Positions 1 through 12,800 of a stretch of 64,000 nt of DNA are shown piece by piece. Position 1 is the first letter of the stretch; every line of letters starts with the position of its first letter. The notes beneath the pieces were generated by a model that searched no databases, was not told the origin of the DNA, and was given only the letters and a program-made list of their open reading frames with translations. Origin of the DNA: Eledone cirrhosa (taxonomy: Eukaryota); NCBI GenBank assembly GCA_964016885.1, contig OZ024748.1:37758001-37822000 (forward strand), written 5' to 3'. The translations under genes were made by a program, and so were the position numbers.

Positions 1-1049
1 TAAAAAGAAGGAAAAATATAAAGAATGTTGCGAAGGAGGAAAGAGTGGTGATTAAATGAAAGAAAAATATAAAGAATTTTGCGAAGGAGGAAAGTGTTGT
101 GATTAAAAAGAAGGACAAATATAAAGAATATTGCGAAGGAGGTAAGTGTTGTGATTAAAAGGAAGGAAAAATATAAAGAATGTTGCGAAGGAGGTAATTG
201 TTGCAATTGAAATGAAAGACAAATAGAAAGAATGTTGCGAAGGAGGTAAGTGTTGTGATTAAAAAGAAGGAAAAATATAAAGAATCCTACGAAGGAGGTA
301 AGAGTTGTGTTTAAAAAGAAGGAAACATTTAAAGAATGTTGCGAAGGAGGTAACTGTTGTGATTAAAAAGAAGGAAAAATATAAAGAATGTTACGAAGGA
401 GGTAAGTGTTGTGATTAAAAAGAAAGACAAATATAAAGAATGTTGCAAAGGAGGTAAGTGTTGTGATTAAAAAGAAGGTAAAATATAAAGAATGTTGTGA
501 AGGAGGTAAGTGTTGTGATTAAAATGAAGGAAAAATATAAAGAATGTTGCGAAGGTGGTAACAGTTGTGATTAAAAAGAAGGAAAAATATAAAGAATGTT
601 GCGAAGGAGGTAAGAGTGCTGATTAAAAACAACGAAAAATATAAAGAATTTTGCGAAGGAGGTAAGAGTTGTGATTAAAAACAAGGAAAAATATAAAGAA
701 TGTTGCGAAGGAGGTAAGAGTTGTGATTAAAAAGAAGGGAAAATATAAAGAATGTTGCGAAAGAGGTAAGTGTTGTGATTCAAAAGAAGGAAAAATATAA
801 AGAATGTTGCGAAGGAGGTAAGAGTGTTGATTATAAAGAAGGAAAATAGAAAGAATGTCGTGAAGGAGGTAAGAGTTGTGATTAAAAAGAAGGAAAAATA
901 TAAAGAATGTTGCGAAGGAGGTAAGTGTTGAGATTAAAAAGAAGGAAAAATATAAAGAATGTTGCGAAAGAGGTAAGTGTTGTAATTAAAAATGAGGAAA
1001 AATATAAAGAATGTTGCGAAGTAGGTAAGAGTGTCGATTAAAAAGAAGG

Positions 1050-4000
1050 AAAAATATAAAGAATGTTGCGAAGGGGGTAAGTGTTGTGTTTAAAAAAAGG
1101 AAAAATATAAAGAAATTTACGAAGGAGGTAAGAGTGGTCATATAAAAAGAAGGAAAAATATAAAGAATATTGCGAAAGAGGTAAGTGTTATGATTAAAAA
1201 GAAAGAAAAATAGAAAGAATGTTGTGAAGGAGGTAAGAGTTGTGATTAAAAAGAAGGAATAATATAAACAATGTTGCGAAGGAGGTAAGTGTTGTGATTA
1301 AAAAGAAGGAAAAATATAAAGAATGTTACGAAGGAGGTAGGAGTTGTGATTAAAAAGAAGGAAAAATATAAAGAATGTTGCGAAGGAGGTAGTGTTGTGA
1401 TTAAAAAGAAGGAAACATATAAAGAATGTTACGAAGGAGGTAAGTGTTGTGATTAAAAAGAAGGATAAATATAAGGGAATTTACGAAGGAGGTAAGAGTG
1501 GTGATTAAAAAGAAGGAAAAATATAAAGAATATTGCGAAGGATGTAAGTGTTGTGTTTAAAAAGAAGGAAAAATATAAAGAATGTTGCGAAGGAGGTAAG
1601 AGTGTTGATTAAAAAGAAGGAAAAATATAAAGAATGTTGCGAAGGAGGTAAGTGTTGTGATTAAAAAGAAGGAAAAATATAAAGAATGATACGAAGGAGG
1701 TACGAGTTGTGATTAAAAAGAAGGAAAAATATAAAGAATGTTACGAAGTAGGTAAGAGTTGTGATTAAAAAGAAGGAAAAATTTAAAAAATGTTTTGAAT
1801 GAGGTAAGTGTTGTGATTAAAAAGAAGGAAAAATATAAAGAATGTTACGAAGGAGGTAAGTGTTGTGATTAAAAAGAAAGACAAATATAAAGAATGTTGC
1901 AAAGGAGGTAAGTGTTGTGATTAAAAAGAAGGTAAAATATAAAGAATGTTGTGAAGGAGGTAAGTGTTGTGATTAAAATGAAGGAAAAATATAAAGAATG
2001 TTGCGAAGGAGGTAACAGTTGTGATTAAAAAGAAGGAAAAATATAAAGAATGTTGCGAAGTAGGTAAGAGTGTTGATTAAAAAGAAGGAAAAATATAAAG
2101 AATGTTGCGAAGGATGTAAGAGTTGTGATTAAAAAGAAGGAAAAATATAAAGAATGTTGCGAAGGAGGTAAGAGTGTTGATTAAAAAGAAGGAAAAATAG
2201 AAAGAATGTTGTGAAGGAGGTAAGAGTTGTGATTAAAAAGAAGGAAAAATATAAAGAATGTTGCGAAGGAGGTAAGTGTTGAGATTAAAAAGAAGGAAAA
2301 ATATAAAGAATGTTGCGAAGGAGGTAAGAGTTGTGATTAAAAAGAAGGGAAAATATAAAGAATGTTGCGAAAGAGGTAAGTGTTGTGATTAAAAATGAGG
2401 AAAAATATAAAGAATGTTGCGAAGTAGGTAAGAGTGTTGATTAAAAAGAAGGAAAACTATAAAGAATGTTGCGAAGGGGGTAAGTGTTGTGTTTAAAAAA
2501 AGGAAAAATATAAAGAAATTTACGAAGGAGGTAAGAGTGGTCATATAAAAAGAAGGAAAAATATAAAGAATATTGCGAAAGAGGTAAGTGTTATGATTAA
2601 AAAGAAAGAAAAATAGAAAGAATGTTGTGAAGGAGGTAAGAGTTGTGATTAAAAAGAAGGAATAATATAAACAATGTTGCGAAGGAGGTAAGTGTTGTGA
2701 TTAAAAAGAAGGAAAAATATAAAGAATGTTACGAAGGAGGTAGGAGTTGTGATTAAAAAGAAGGAAAAATATAAAGAATGTTGCGAAGGAGGTAGTGTTG
2801 TGATTAAAAAGAAGGAAACATATAAAGAATGTTACGAAGGAGGTAAGTGTTGTGATTAAAAAGAAGGATAAATATAAGGGAATTTACGAAGGAGGTAAGA
2901 GTGGTGATTAAAAAGAAGGAAAAATATAAAGAATATTGCGAAGGATGTAAGTGTTGTGTTTAAAAAGAAGGAAAAATATAAAGAATGTTGCGAAGGAGGT
3001 AAGAGTGTTGATTAAAAATAAGGAAAAATATAAAGAATGTTGCGAAGGAGGTAAGTGTTGTGATTAAAAAGAAGGAAAAATATAAAGAATGTTACGAAGG
3101 AGGTACGAGTTGTGATTAAAAAGAAGGAAAAATATAAAGAATGTAACGAAGTAGGTAAGAGTTGTGATTAAAAAGAAGGAAAAATTTAAAAAATATTTTG
3201 AATGAGGTAAGTGTTGTGATTAAAAAGAAGGAAAAATATAAAGAATGTTACGAAGGAGGTAAGTGTTGTGATTAAAAAGAAAGACAAATATAAAGAATGT
3301 TGCAAAGGAGGTAAGTGTTGTGATTAAAAAGAAGGTAAAATATAAAGAATGTTGTGAAGGAGGTAAGTGTTGTGATTAAAATGAAGGAAAAATATAAAGA
3401 ATGTTGCGAAGGAGGTAACAGTTGTGATTAAAAAGAAGGAAAAATATAAAGAATGTTGCGAAGTAGGTAAGAGTGTTGATTAAAAAGAAGGAAAAATATA
3501 AAGAATGTTGCGAAGGATGTAAGAGTTGTGATTAAAAAGAAGGAAAAATATAAAGAATGTTGCGAAGGAGGTAAGAGTGTTGATTAAAAAGAAGGAAAAA
3601 TAGAAAGAATGTTGTGAAGGAGGTAAGAGTTGTGATTAAAAAGAAGGAAAAATATAAAGAATGTTGCGAAGGAGGTAAGTGTTGAGATTAAAAAGAAGGA
3701 AAAATATAAAGAATGTTGCGAAGGAGGTAAGAGTTGCGATTAAAAAGAAGGGAAAATATAAAGAATGTTGCGAAAGAGGTAAGTGTTGTGATTAAGAATG
3801 AGGAAAAATATAAAGAATGTTGCGAAGTAGGTAAGAGTGTTGATTAAAAAGAAGGAAAACTATAAAGAATGTTGCGAAGGGGGTAAGTGTTGTGTTTAAA
3901 AAAAGGAAAATTATAAAGAAATTTACGAAGGAGGTAAGAGTGGTCATATAAAAAGAAGGAAAAATATAAAGAATATTGCGAAAGAGGTAAGTGTTATGAT

Positions 4001-5500
4001 TAAAAAGAAAGAAAAATAGAAAGAATGTTGTGAAGGAGGTAAGAGTTGTGATTAAAAAGAAGGAAAAATATAAAGAATGTTACGAAGGATGTACGAGTTG
4101 TGATTAAAAAGAAGGATAAATATAAGGGAATTTACGAAGGAGGTAAGAGTGGTGATTAAAAAGAAGGAAAAATATAAAGAATATTGCGAAGGAGGTAAGT
4201 GTTGTGTTTAAAAAGAAGGAAAAATATAAAGAATGTTGCGAAGGAGGTAAGAGTGTTGATTAAAAAGAAGGAAAAATATAAAGAATGTTGCGAAGGAGGT
4301 AAGTGTAGTGATTAAAAAGAAGGAAAAATATAAAGAATGTTACGAAGGAGGTACGAGTTGTGATTAAAAAGAAGGAAAAATATAAAGAATGTTACGAAGT
4401 AGGTAAGAGTTGTGATTAAAAAGAAGGAAAAATTTTTTAAATGTTTTGAATGAGGTAAGTGTTGTGATTAAAAAGAAGGAAAAATATAAAGAATGTTACG
4501 AAGGAGGTAATTGTTGTGATTAAAAAGAAAGACAAATATAAAGAATGTTGCAAAGGAGGTAAGTGTTGTGATTAAAAAGAAGGTAAAATATAAAGAATGT
4601 TGTGAAGGAGGTAAGTGTTGTGATTAAAATGAAGGAAAAATATAAAGAATGTTGCGAAGGAGGTAACAGTTGTGATTAAAAAGAAGGAAAAATATAAAGA
4701 ACGTTGCGAAGTAGGTAAGAGTGTTGTTTAAAAAGAAGGAAAAATATAAAGAATGTTGCGAAGGATGTAAGAGTTGTGATTAAAAAGAAGGAAAAATATA
4801 AAGAATGTTGCGAAGGAGGTAAGAGTGTTGATTAAAAAGAAGGAAAAATAGAAAGAATGTTGTGAAGGAGGTAAGAGTTGTGATTAAAAAGAAGGGAAAA
4901 TATAAAGAATGTTGCGAAAGAGGTAAGTGTTGTGATTAAAAATGAGGAAAAATATAAAGAATGTTGCGAAGTAGGTAAGAGTGTTGATTAAAAAGAAGGA
5001 AAAATATAAAGAATGTTGCGAAGGGGGTAAGTGTTGTGTTTAAAAAAAGGAAAATTATAAAGAAATTTACGAAGGAGGTAAGAGTGGTCATATAAAAAGA
5101 AGGAAAAATATAAAGAATATTGCGAAAGAGGTAAGTGTTATGATTAAAAAGAAAGAAAAATAGAAAGAATGTTGTGAAGGAGGTAAGAGTTGTGATTAAA
5201 AAGAAGGAATAATATAAAGAATGTTGCGAAGGAGGTAAGTGTTGTGATTAAAAAGAAGGAAAAATATAAAGAATGTTACGAAGGAGGTAAGTGTTGTGAT
5301 TAAAAAGAAGGATAAATATAAGGGAATTTACGAAGGAGGTAAGAGTGGTGATTAAAAAGAATGAAAAATATAAAGAATATTGCGAAGAAGGTAAGTGTTG
5401 TGTTTAAAAAGAAGGAAAAATATAAAGAATGTTGCGAAGGAGGTAAGAGTGTTGATTAAAAAGAAGGAAAAATATAAAGAATGTTGCGAAGGAGGTAAGT
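1050..5500. repeat. Local HOR, 27 monomers, 1403 bp (two full periods, then a 22-mer of 1144 bp)
   Basis: The TCA of marker GGTCATAT starts at 1138, 2541, 3944 (spacing 1403) and 5088 (spacing 1144 = 22x52). The C of TAAACAATG is at 1269 and 2672 (1403). Confidence 0.9.
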
Positions 5501-6899
5501 GTTGTGATTAAAAAGAAGGAAAAATATAAAGAATGTTACGAAGGAGGTACGAGTTGTGATTAAAAAGAAGGAAAAATATAAAGAATGCTGCGAAGGAGGT
5601 AAGTGTTGTGATTAAAAGGAAAGAAAAATATAAAGAATGTTGCGAAGGAGGAAAGAGTGGTGATTAAAAAGAAGGTAAAATATAAAGAATGTTGCGAAGG
5701 AGGTTAGTGTTGTGATTAAAAAGAAGGAAAAATATAAAGAATCCTACAAAGGAGGTAAGAGTTGTGTTTAAAAAGAAGGAAACATTTAAAGAATGTTGCG
5801 AAGGAGGTAAGTGTTGTGATTAAAAAGAAGGAAAAAATATAAAGAATGTTACGAAGGAGGTAAGTGTTGTGATTAAAAAGAAAGACAAATATGAAGAATG
5901 TTGCAAAGGAGGTAAGTGTTGTGATTAAAATGAAGGAAAAATATAAAGAATGTTGCGAAGGAGGTAACAGTTGTGATTAAAAAGAAGGAAAAATATAAAG
6001 AATGTTGCGAAGGAGGTAGTGTTGTGATTAAAAAGAAGGAAAAATTTTTTAAATGTTTTGAATGAGGTAAGTGTTGTGATTAAAAAGAAGGAAAATATAA
6101 AGAATGTTACGAAGGAGGTAAGTGTTGTGATTAAAAAGAAAGACAAATATAAAGAATGTTGCAAAGGAGGTAAGTGTTGTGATTAAAAAGAAGGTAAAAT
6201 ATAAAGAATGTTGTGAAGGAGGTAAGTGTTGTGATTAAAATGAAGGAAAAATATAAAGAATGTTGCGAAGGAGGTAACAGTTGTGATTAAAAAGAAGGAA
6301 AAATATAAAGAATGTTGCGAAGTAGGTAAGAGTGTTGATTAAAAAGAAGGAAAAATATAAAGAATGTTGCGAAGGATGTAAGAGTTGTGATTAAAAAGAA
6401 GGAAAAATATAAAGAATGTTGAGAAGAAGGTAAGTGTTGAGATTAAAAAGAAGGAAAAATATAAAGAATGTTGCGAAGGAGGTAAGAGTTGTGATTAAAA
6501 AGAAGGGAAAATATAAAGTATGTTGCGAAGGAGGTAAGTGTTGTGATTAAAAAGAAGGAAAAATATAAAGAATGTTACGAAGGAGGTACGAGTTGTGATT
6601 AAAAAGAAGGAAAAATATAAAGAATGTTGCGAAGGAGGTAGTGTTGTGATTAAAAAGAAGGAAAAATATAAAGAATGTTACGAAGGAGGTAAGTGTTGTG
6701 ATTAAAAAGAAGGATAAATATATGGGAATTTATGAAGGAGGTAAGAGTGGTGATTAAAAAGAAGGAAAAATATAAAGAATATTGCTAAGGAGTTAAGTGT
6801 TGTTTTTAAAAAGAAGGAAAAATATAAAGAATGTTGCGAAGGAGGTAAGAGTGTTGATTAAAAAGAAGGAAAAATATAAAGAATGTTGCGAAGGAGGTA

Positions 6900-9800
6900 A
6901 GTGTTGTGATTAAAAAGAAGGAAAAATATAAAGAATGTTACGAAGGAGGTACGAGTTGTGATTAAAAAGAAGGAAAAATATAAAGAATGTTTCGAAGGAG
7001 GTAAGTGTTGTGATTAAAAAGAAGGAAAAATATAAAGAATGTTACGAAGTAGGTAAGAGTTGTGATTAAAAAGAAGGAAAAATATAAAAAATGTTTTGAA
7101 TGAGGTAAGTGTTGTGATTAAAAAGAAGGAAAAATATAAATAATGTTGCGAAGGAGGTAAGTGTTGTGATTAAAAGGAAGGGAAAATATAAAGAATGTTG
7201 CGAAGCAGGTAAGAGTTGTGATTAAAAAGAAGGAAAAATATAAAGAATGTTGCGAAGGATGTAAGAGTTGTGATTAAAAATAAGGAAAAATATCAAGAAT
7301 GTTGCGAAGGAGGTAAGAGTTGTGATTAAAAATAATGAAAAATATACAGAATGTTTCGAAGGAGGTAAGTGTTGTGATTAAAAGGAAGGGAAAATATAAA
7401 GAATGTTGCGAAGGAGGTAAGAGTTGTGATTAAAAAGAAGGGAAAATATAAAGAATGTTGCGAAAGAGGTAAGTGTTGTGATTAGAAATGGGGAAAAATA
7501 TAAAGAATGTTGCGAAGTAGGTAAGAGTGTTGATTAAAAAGAAGGAAAAATATAAAGAATGTTGCGAAGGAGGTAGTGTTGTGATTAAAAAGAAGGAAAA
7601 ATATAAAGAATGTTGCGAAGGAGGTAGTGTTGTGATTAAAAAGAAGGAAAAATATAAAGAATGTTACGAAGGAGGTAAGTGTTGTGATTAAAAAGAAGGA
7701 TAAATATAAGGGAATTTACGAAGGAGGTAAGAGTGGTGATTAAAAAGAAGGAAAAATATAAAGAATATTGCGAAGGAGGTAAGTGTTGTGTTTAAAAAGA
7801 AGGAAAAATATAAAGAATGTTGCGAAGGAGGTAAGAGTGTTGATTAAAAAGAAGGAAAAATATAAAGAATGTTGCGAAGGAGGTAAGTGTTGTGATTAAA
7901 AAGAAGGAACAATATAAAGAATGTTACGAAGGAGGTACGAGTTGTAATTAAAAAGAAGGATAAATATAAAGAATGTTTCGAAGGAGGTAAGGGTTGTTAT
8001 TAAAAAGAAGGAAAAATATAAAGAATGTTACGAAGTAGGTAAGAGTTGTGATTAAAAGAAGGCAAAATTTAAAAAATGTTTTGAATGAGGTAAGTGTTGT
8101 GATTAAAAAGAAGGAAAAATATAAAGGATGTTGCGAAGGATGTAAGAGTTGTGATTAAAAATAAGGAAAAATATCAAGAATGTTGCGAAGGAGGTAAGAG
8201 TTGTGATTAAAAAAAATGAAAAATATACAGAATGTTTCGAAGGAGGTAAGTGTTGTGATTAAAAGGAAGGGAAAATATAAAGAATGTTGCGAAGGAGGTA
8301 AGTGTTGTGATTAAAATGTAGGGAAAATATAAAGAATGTTGCGAAGGATGTAAGAGTTGTGATTAAAAATAAGGAAAAATATCAAGAATGTTGCGAAGGA
8401 GGTAAGAGTTGTGATTAAAAAAAATGAAAGATATACAGAATGTTTCGAAGGAGGTAAGTGTTGTGATTAAAAGGAAGGGAAAATATAAAGAATGTTGCGA
8501 AGGAGGTAAGTGTTGTGATTAAAAAAAAGGAAAAATATAAAGAATGTTGTGAAGGAGGTAAGTGTTGTGATTAAAAAGAAGGAAAAATATAAAGAATGCT
8601 GCGAAGGAGGTAAGTGTTGTGATTAAAAGGAAAGAAAAATATAAAGAATGTTGCGAAGGAGGAAAGAGTGGTGATTAAAAAAAAAGAAAAATATAAAGAA
8701 TGTTGCGAAGGAGGAAAGTGTTGTGATTAAAAAGAAGGACAAATATAAAGAATATTGCGAAGGAGGTAAGTGTTGTGATTAAAAGGAAGGAAAAATATAA
8801 AGAATGTTGCGAAGGAGGTAATTGTTGCAATTAAAAAGAAAGACAAATAGAAAGAATGTTGCGAAGGAGGGAAGTGTTGTGATTAAAAAGAAGGAAAAAT
8901 ATAAAGAATCCTACAAAGGAGGTAAGAGTTGTGATTAAAAAGAAGGAAAAAATATAAAGAATGTTACGAAGGAGGTAAGTGTTGTGATTAAAAAGAAAGA
9001 CAAATATGAAGAATGTTGCAAAGGAGGTAAGTGTTGTGATTAAAATGAAGGAAAAATATAAAGAATGTTGCGAAGGAGGTAACAGTTGTGATTAAAAAGA
9101 AGGAAAAATATAAAGAATGTTGCGAAGGAGGTAGTGTTGTGATTAAAAAGAAGGAAAAATATAAAGGATGTTACGAAGGAGGTAAGTGTTGTGATTAAAA
9201 AGAAGGATAAATATAAGGGAATTTACGAAGGAGGTAAGAGTGGTGATTAAAAAGAAGGAAAAATATAAAGAATATTGCGAAGGAGATAAGTGTTGTGTTT
9301 AAAAAGAAGGAAAAATATAAAGGATGTTGCGAAGGATGTAAGAGTTGTGATTAAAAATAAGGAAAAATATCAAGAATGTTGCGAAGGAGGTAAGAGTTGT
9401 GATTAAAAAAAATGAAAAATATACAGAATGTTTCGAAGGAGGTAAGTGTTGTGATTAAAAGGAAGGGAAAATATAAAGAATGTTGCGAAGGAGGTAAGTG
9501 TTGTGATTAAAATGTAGGGAAAATATAAAGAATGTTGCGAAGGATGTAAGAGTTGTGATTAAAAATAAGGAAAAATATCAAGAATGTTGCGAAGGAGGTA
9601 AGAGTTGTGATTAAAAAAAATGAAAGATATACAGAATGTTTCGAAGGAGGTAAGTGTTGTGATTAAAAGGAAGGGAAAATATAAAGAATGTTGCGAAGGA
9701 GGTAAGTGTTGTGATTAAAAAAAAGGAAAATATAAAGAATGTTGTGAAGGAGGTAAGTGTTGTGATTAAAAAGAAGGAAAAATATAAAGAATGCTGCGAA

Positions 9801-12800
9801 GGAGGTAAGTGTTGTGATTAAAAGGAAAGAAAAATATAAAGAATGTTGCGAAGGAGGAAAGAGTGGTGATTAAAAAAAAAGAAAAATATAAAGAATGTTG
9901 CGAAGGAGGAAAGTGTTGTGATTAAAAAGAAGGACAAATATAAAGAATATTGCGAAGGAGGTAAGTGTTGTGATTAAAAGGAAGGAAAAATATAAAGAAT
10001 GTTGCGAAGGAGGTAATTGTTGCAATTAAAAAGAAAGACAAATAGAAAGAATGTTGCGAAGGAGGGAAGTGTTGTGATTAAAAAGAAGGAAAAATATAAA
10101 GAATCCTACAAAGGAGGTAAGAGTTGTGATTAAAAAGAAGGAAAAAATATAAAGAATGTTACGAAGGAGGTAAGTGTTGTGATTAAAAAGAAAGACAAAT
10201 ATGAAGAATGTTGCAAAGGAGGTAAGTGTTGTGATTAAAATGAAGGAAAAATATAAAGAATGTTGCGAAGGAGGTAACAGTTGTGATTAAAAAGAAGGAA
10301 AAATATAAAGAATGTTGCGAAGGAGGTAGTGTTGTGATTAAAAGAAATGAAAAATATACAGAATGTTTCGAAGGAGGTAAGTGTTGTGATTAAAAGGAAG
10401 GGAAAATATAAAGAATGTTGCGAAGGAGGTAAGTGTTGTGATTAAAAAGAAAGACAAATATGAAGAATGTTGCAAAGTAGGTAAGTGTTGTGATTAAAAT
10501 GAAGGAAAAATATAAAGAATGTTGTGAAGGAGGTAAGAGTTGTGATTAAAAAGAAGGAAAAATATAAAGAATGCTGCGAAGGAGGTAAGTGTTGTGATTA
10601 AAAAGAAGGAAAAATATAAAGAATGTTACGAAGGAGGTACGAGTTGTGATTAAAAAGAAGGAAAAATATAAAGAATGTTTCGAAGGAGGTAAGTGTTGTG
10701 ATTAAAAGGAAGGGAAAATATAAAGAATGTTGCGAAGGAGGTAAGTGTTGTGATTAAAATGAAGGAAAAATATAAAGAATGTTGCGAAGGAGGTAAGTGT
10801 TGTGATTAAAAAGAAGGAAAAATATAAAGAATGCTGCGAAGGAGGTAAGTGTTGTGATTAAAAGGAAAGAAAAATATAAAGAATGTTGCGAAGGAGGAAA
10901 GAGTGGCGATTAAAAAAAAGAAAAATATAAAGAATGTTGCGAAGGAGGAAAGTGTTGTGATTAAAAAGAAGGACAAATATAAAGAATATTGCGAAGGAGG
11001 TAAGTGTTGTGATTAAAAGGAAGGAAAAATATAAAGAATGTTGCGAAGGAGGTAATTGTTGCAATTAAAAAGAAAGACAAATAGAAAGAATGTTGCGAAG
11101 GAGGGAAGTGTTGTGATTAAAAAGAAGGAAAAATATAAAGAATCCTACAAAGGAGGTAAGAGTTGTGATTAAAAAGAAGGAAAAAATATAAAGAATGTTA
11201 CGAAGGAGGTAAGTGTTGTGATTAAAAAGAAAGACAAATATGAAGAATGTTGCAAAGGAGGTAAGTGTTGTGATTAATATGAAGGAAAAATATAAAGAAT
11301 GTTGCGAAGGAGGTAACAGTTGTGATTAAAAAGAAGGAAAAATATAAAGAATGTTGCGAAGGAGGTAGTGTTGTGATTAAAAAGAAGGAAAAATATAAAG
11401 GATGTTACGAAGGAGGTAAGTGTTGTGATTAAAAAGAAGGATAAATATAAGGGAATTTACGAAGGAGGTAAGAGTGGTGATTAAAAAGAAGGAAAAATAT
11501 AAAGAATATTGCGAAGGAGATAAGTGTTGTGTTTAAAAAGAAGGAAAAATATAAAGAATGTTGCGAAGGAGGTAAGAGTGTTGATTAAAAAGAAGGAAAA
11601 ATATAAAGAATGTTGCGAAGGAGTTAAGAGTTGTGATTAAAAAGAAGGAAAAATATAAAGAATGTTGCGAAGGAGGTAAGAGTTGTGATTAAAAGAAATG
11701 AAAAATATACAGAATGTTTCGAAGGAGGTAAGTGTTGTGATTAAAAGGAAGGGAAAATATAAAGAATGTTGCGAAGGAGGTAAGTGTTGTGATTAAAAAG
11801 AAAGACAAATATGAAGAATGTTGCAAAGTAGGTAAGTGTTGTGATTAAAATGAAGGAAAAATATAAAGAATGTTGTGAAGGAGGTAAGAGTTGTGATTAA
11901 AAAGAAGGAAAAATATAAAGAATGCTGCGAAGGAGGTAAGTGTTGTGATTAAAAAGAAGGAAAAATATAAAGAATGTTACGAAGGAGGTACGAGTTGTGA
12001 TTAAAAAGAAGGAAAAATATAAAGAATGTTTCGAAGGAGGTAAGTGTTGTGATTAAAAAGAAGGAAAAATATAAAGAATGTTACGAAGGAGGTAAGTGTT
12101 GTGATTAAAAAGAAGGAAAAATATAAAGAATGTTACGAAGGAGGTACGAGTTGTGATTAAAAAGAAGGAAAAATATAAAGAATGTTTCGAAGGAGGTAAG
12201 TGTTGTGATTAAAAAGAAGGAAAAATATAAAGAATGTTACGAAGTAGGTAAGAGTTGTGATTAAAAAGAAGGAAAAATATAAAAAATGTTTTGAATGAGG
12301 TAAGTGTTGTGATTAAAAAGAAGGAAAAATATAAATAATGTTGCGAAGGAGGTAAGTGTTGTGATTAAAAGGAAGGGAAAATATAAAGAATGTTGCGAAG
12401 GATGTAAGAGTTGTGATTAAAAAGAAGGAAAAATATCAATAATGTTGCGAAGGAGGTAAGAGTTGTGATTAAAAAAAATGAAAAATATACAGAATGTTTC
12501 GAAGGAGGTAAGTGTTGTGATTAAAAGGAAGGGAAAATATAAAGAATGTTGCGAAGGAGGTAAGAGTTGTGATTAAAAAGAAGGGAAAATATAAAGAATG
12601 TTGCGAAAGAGGTAAGTGTTGTGATTAGAAATGGGGAAAAATATAAAGAATGTTGCGAATTAGGTAAGAGTGTTGATTAAAAAGAAGGAAAAATATAAAG
12701 AATGTTGCGAAGGAGGTAGTGTTGTGATTAAAAAGAAGGAAAAATATAAAGAATGTTGCGAAGGAGGTAGTGTTGTGATTAAAAAGAAGGAAAAATATAA

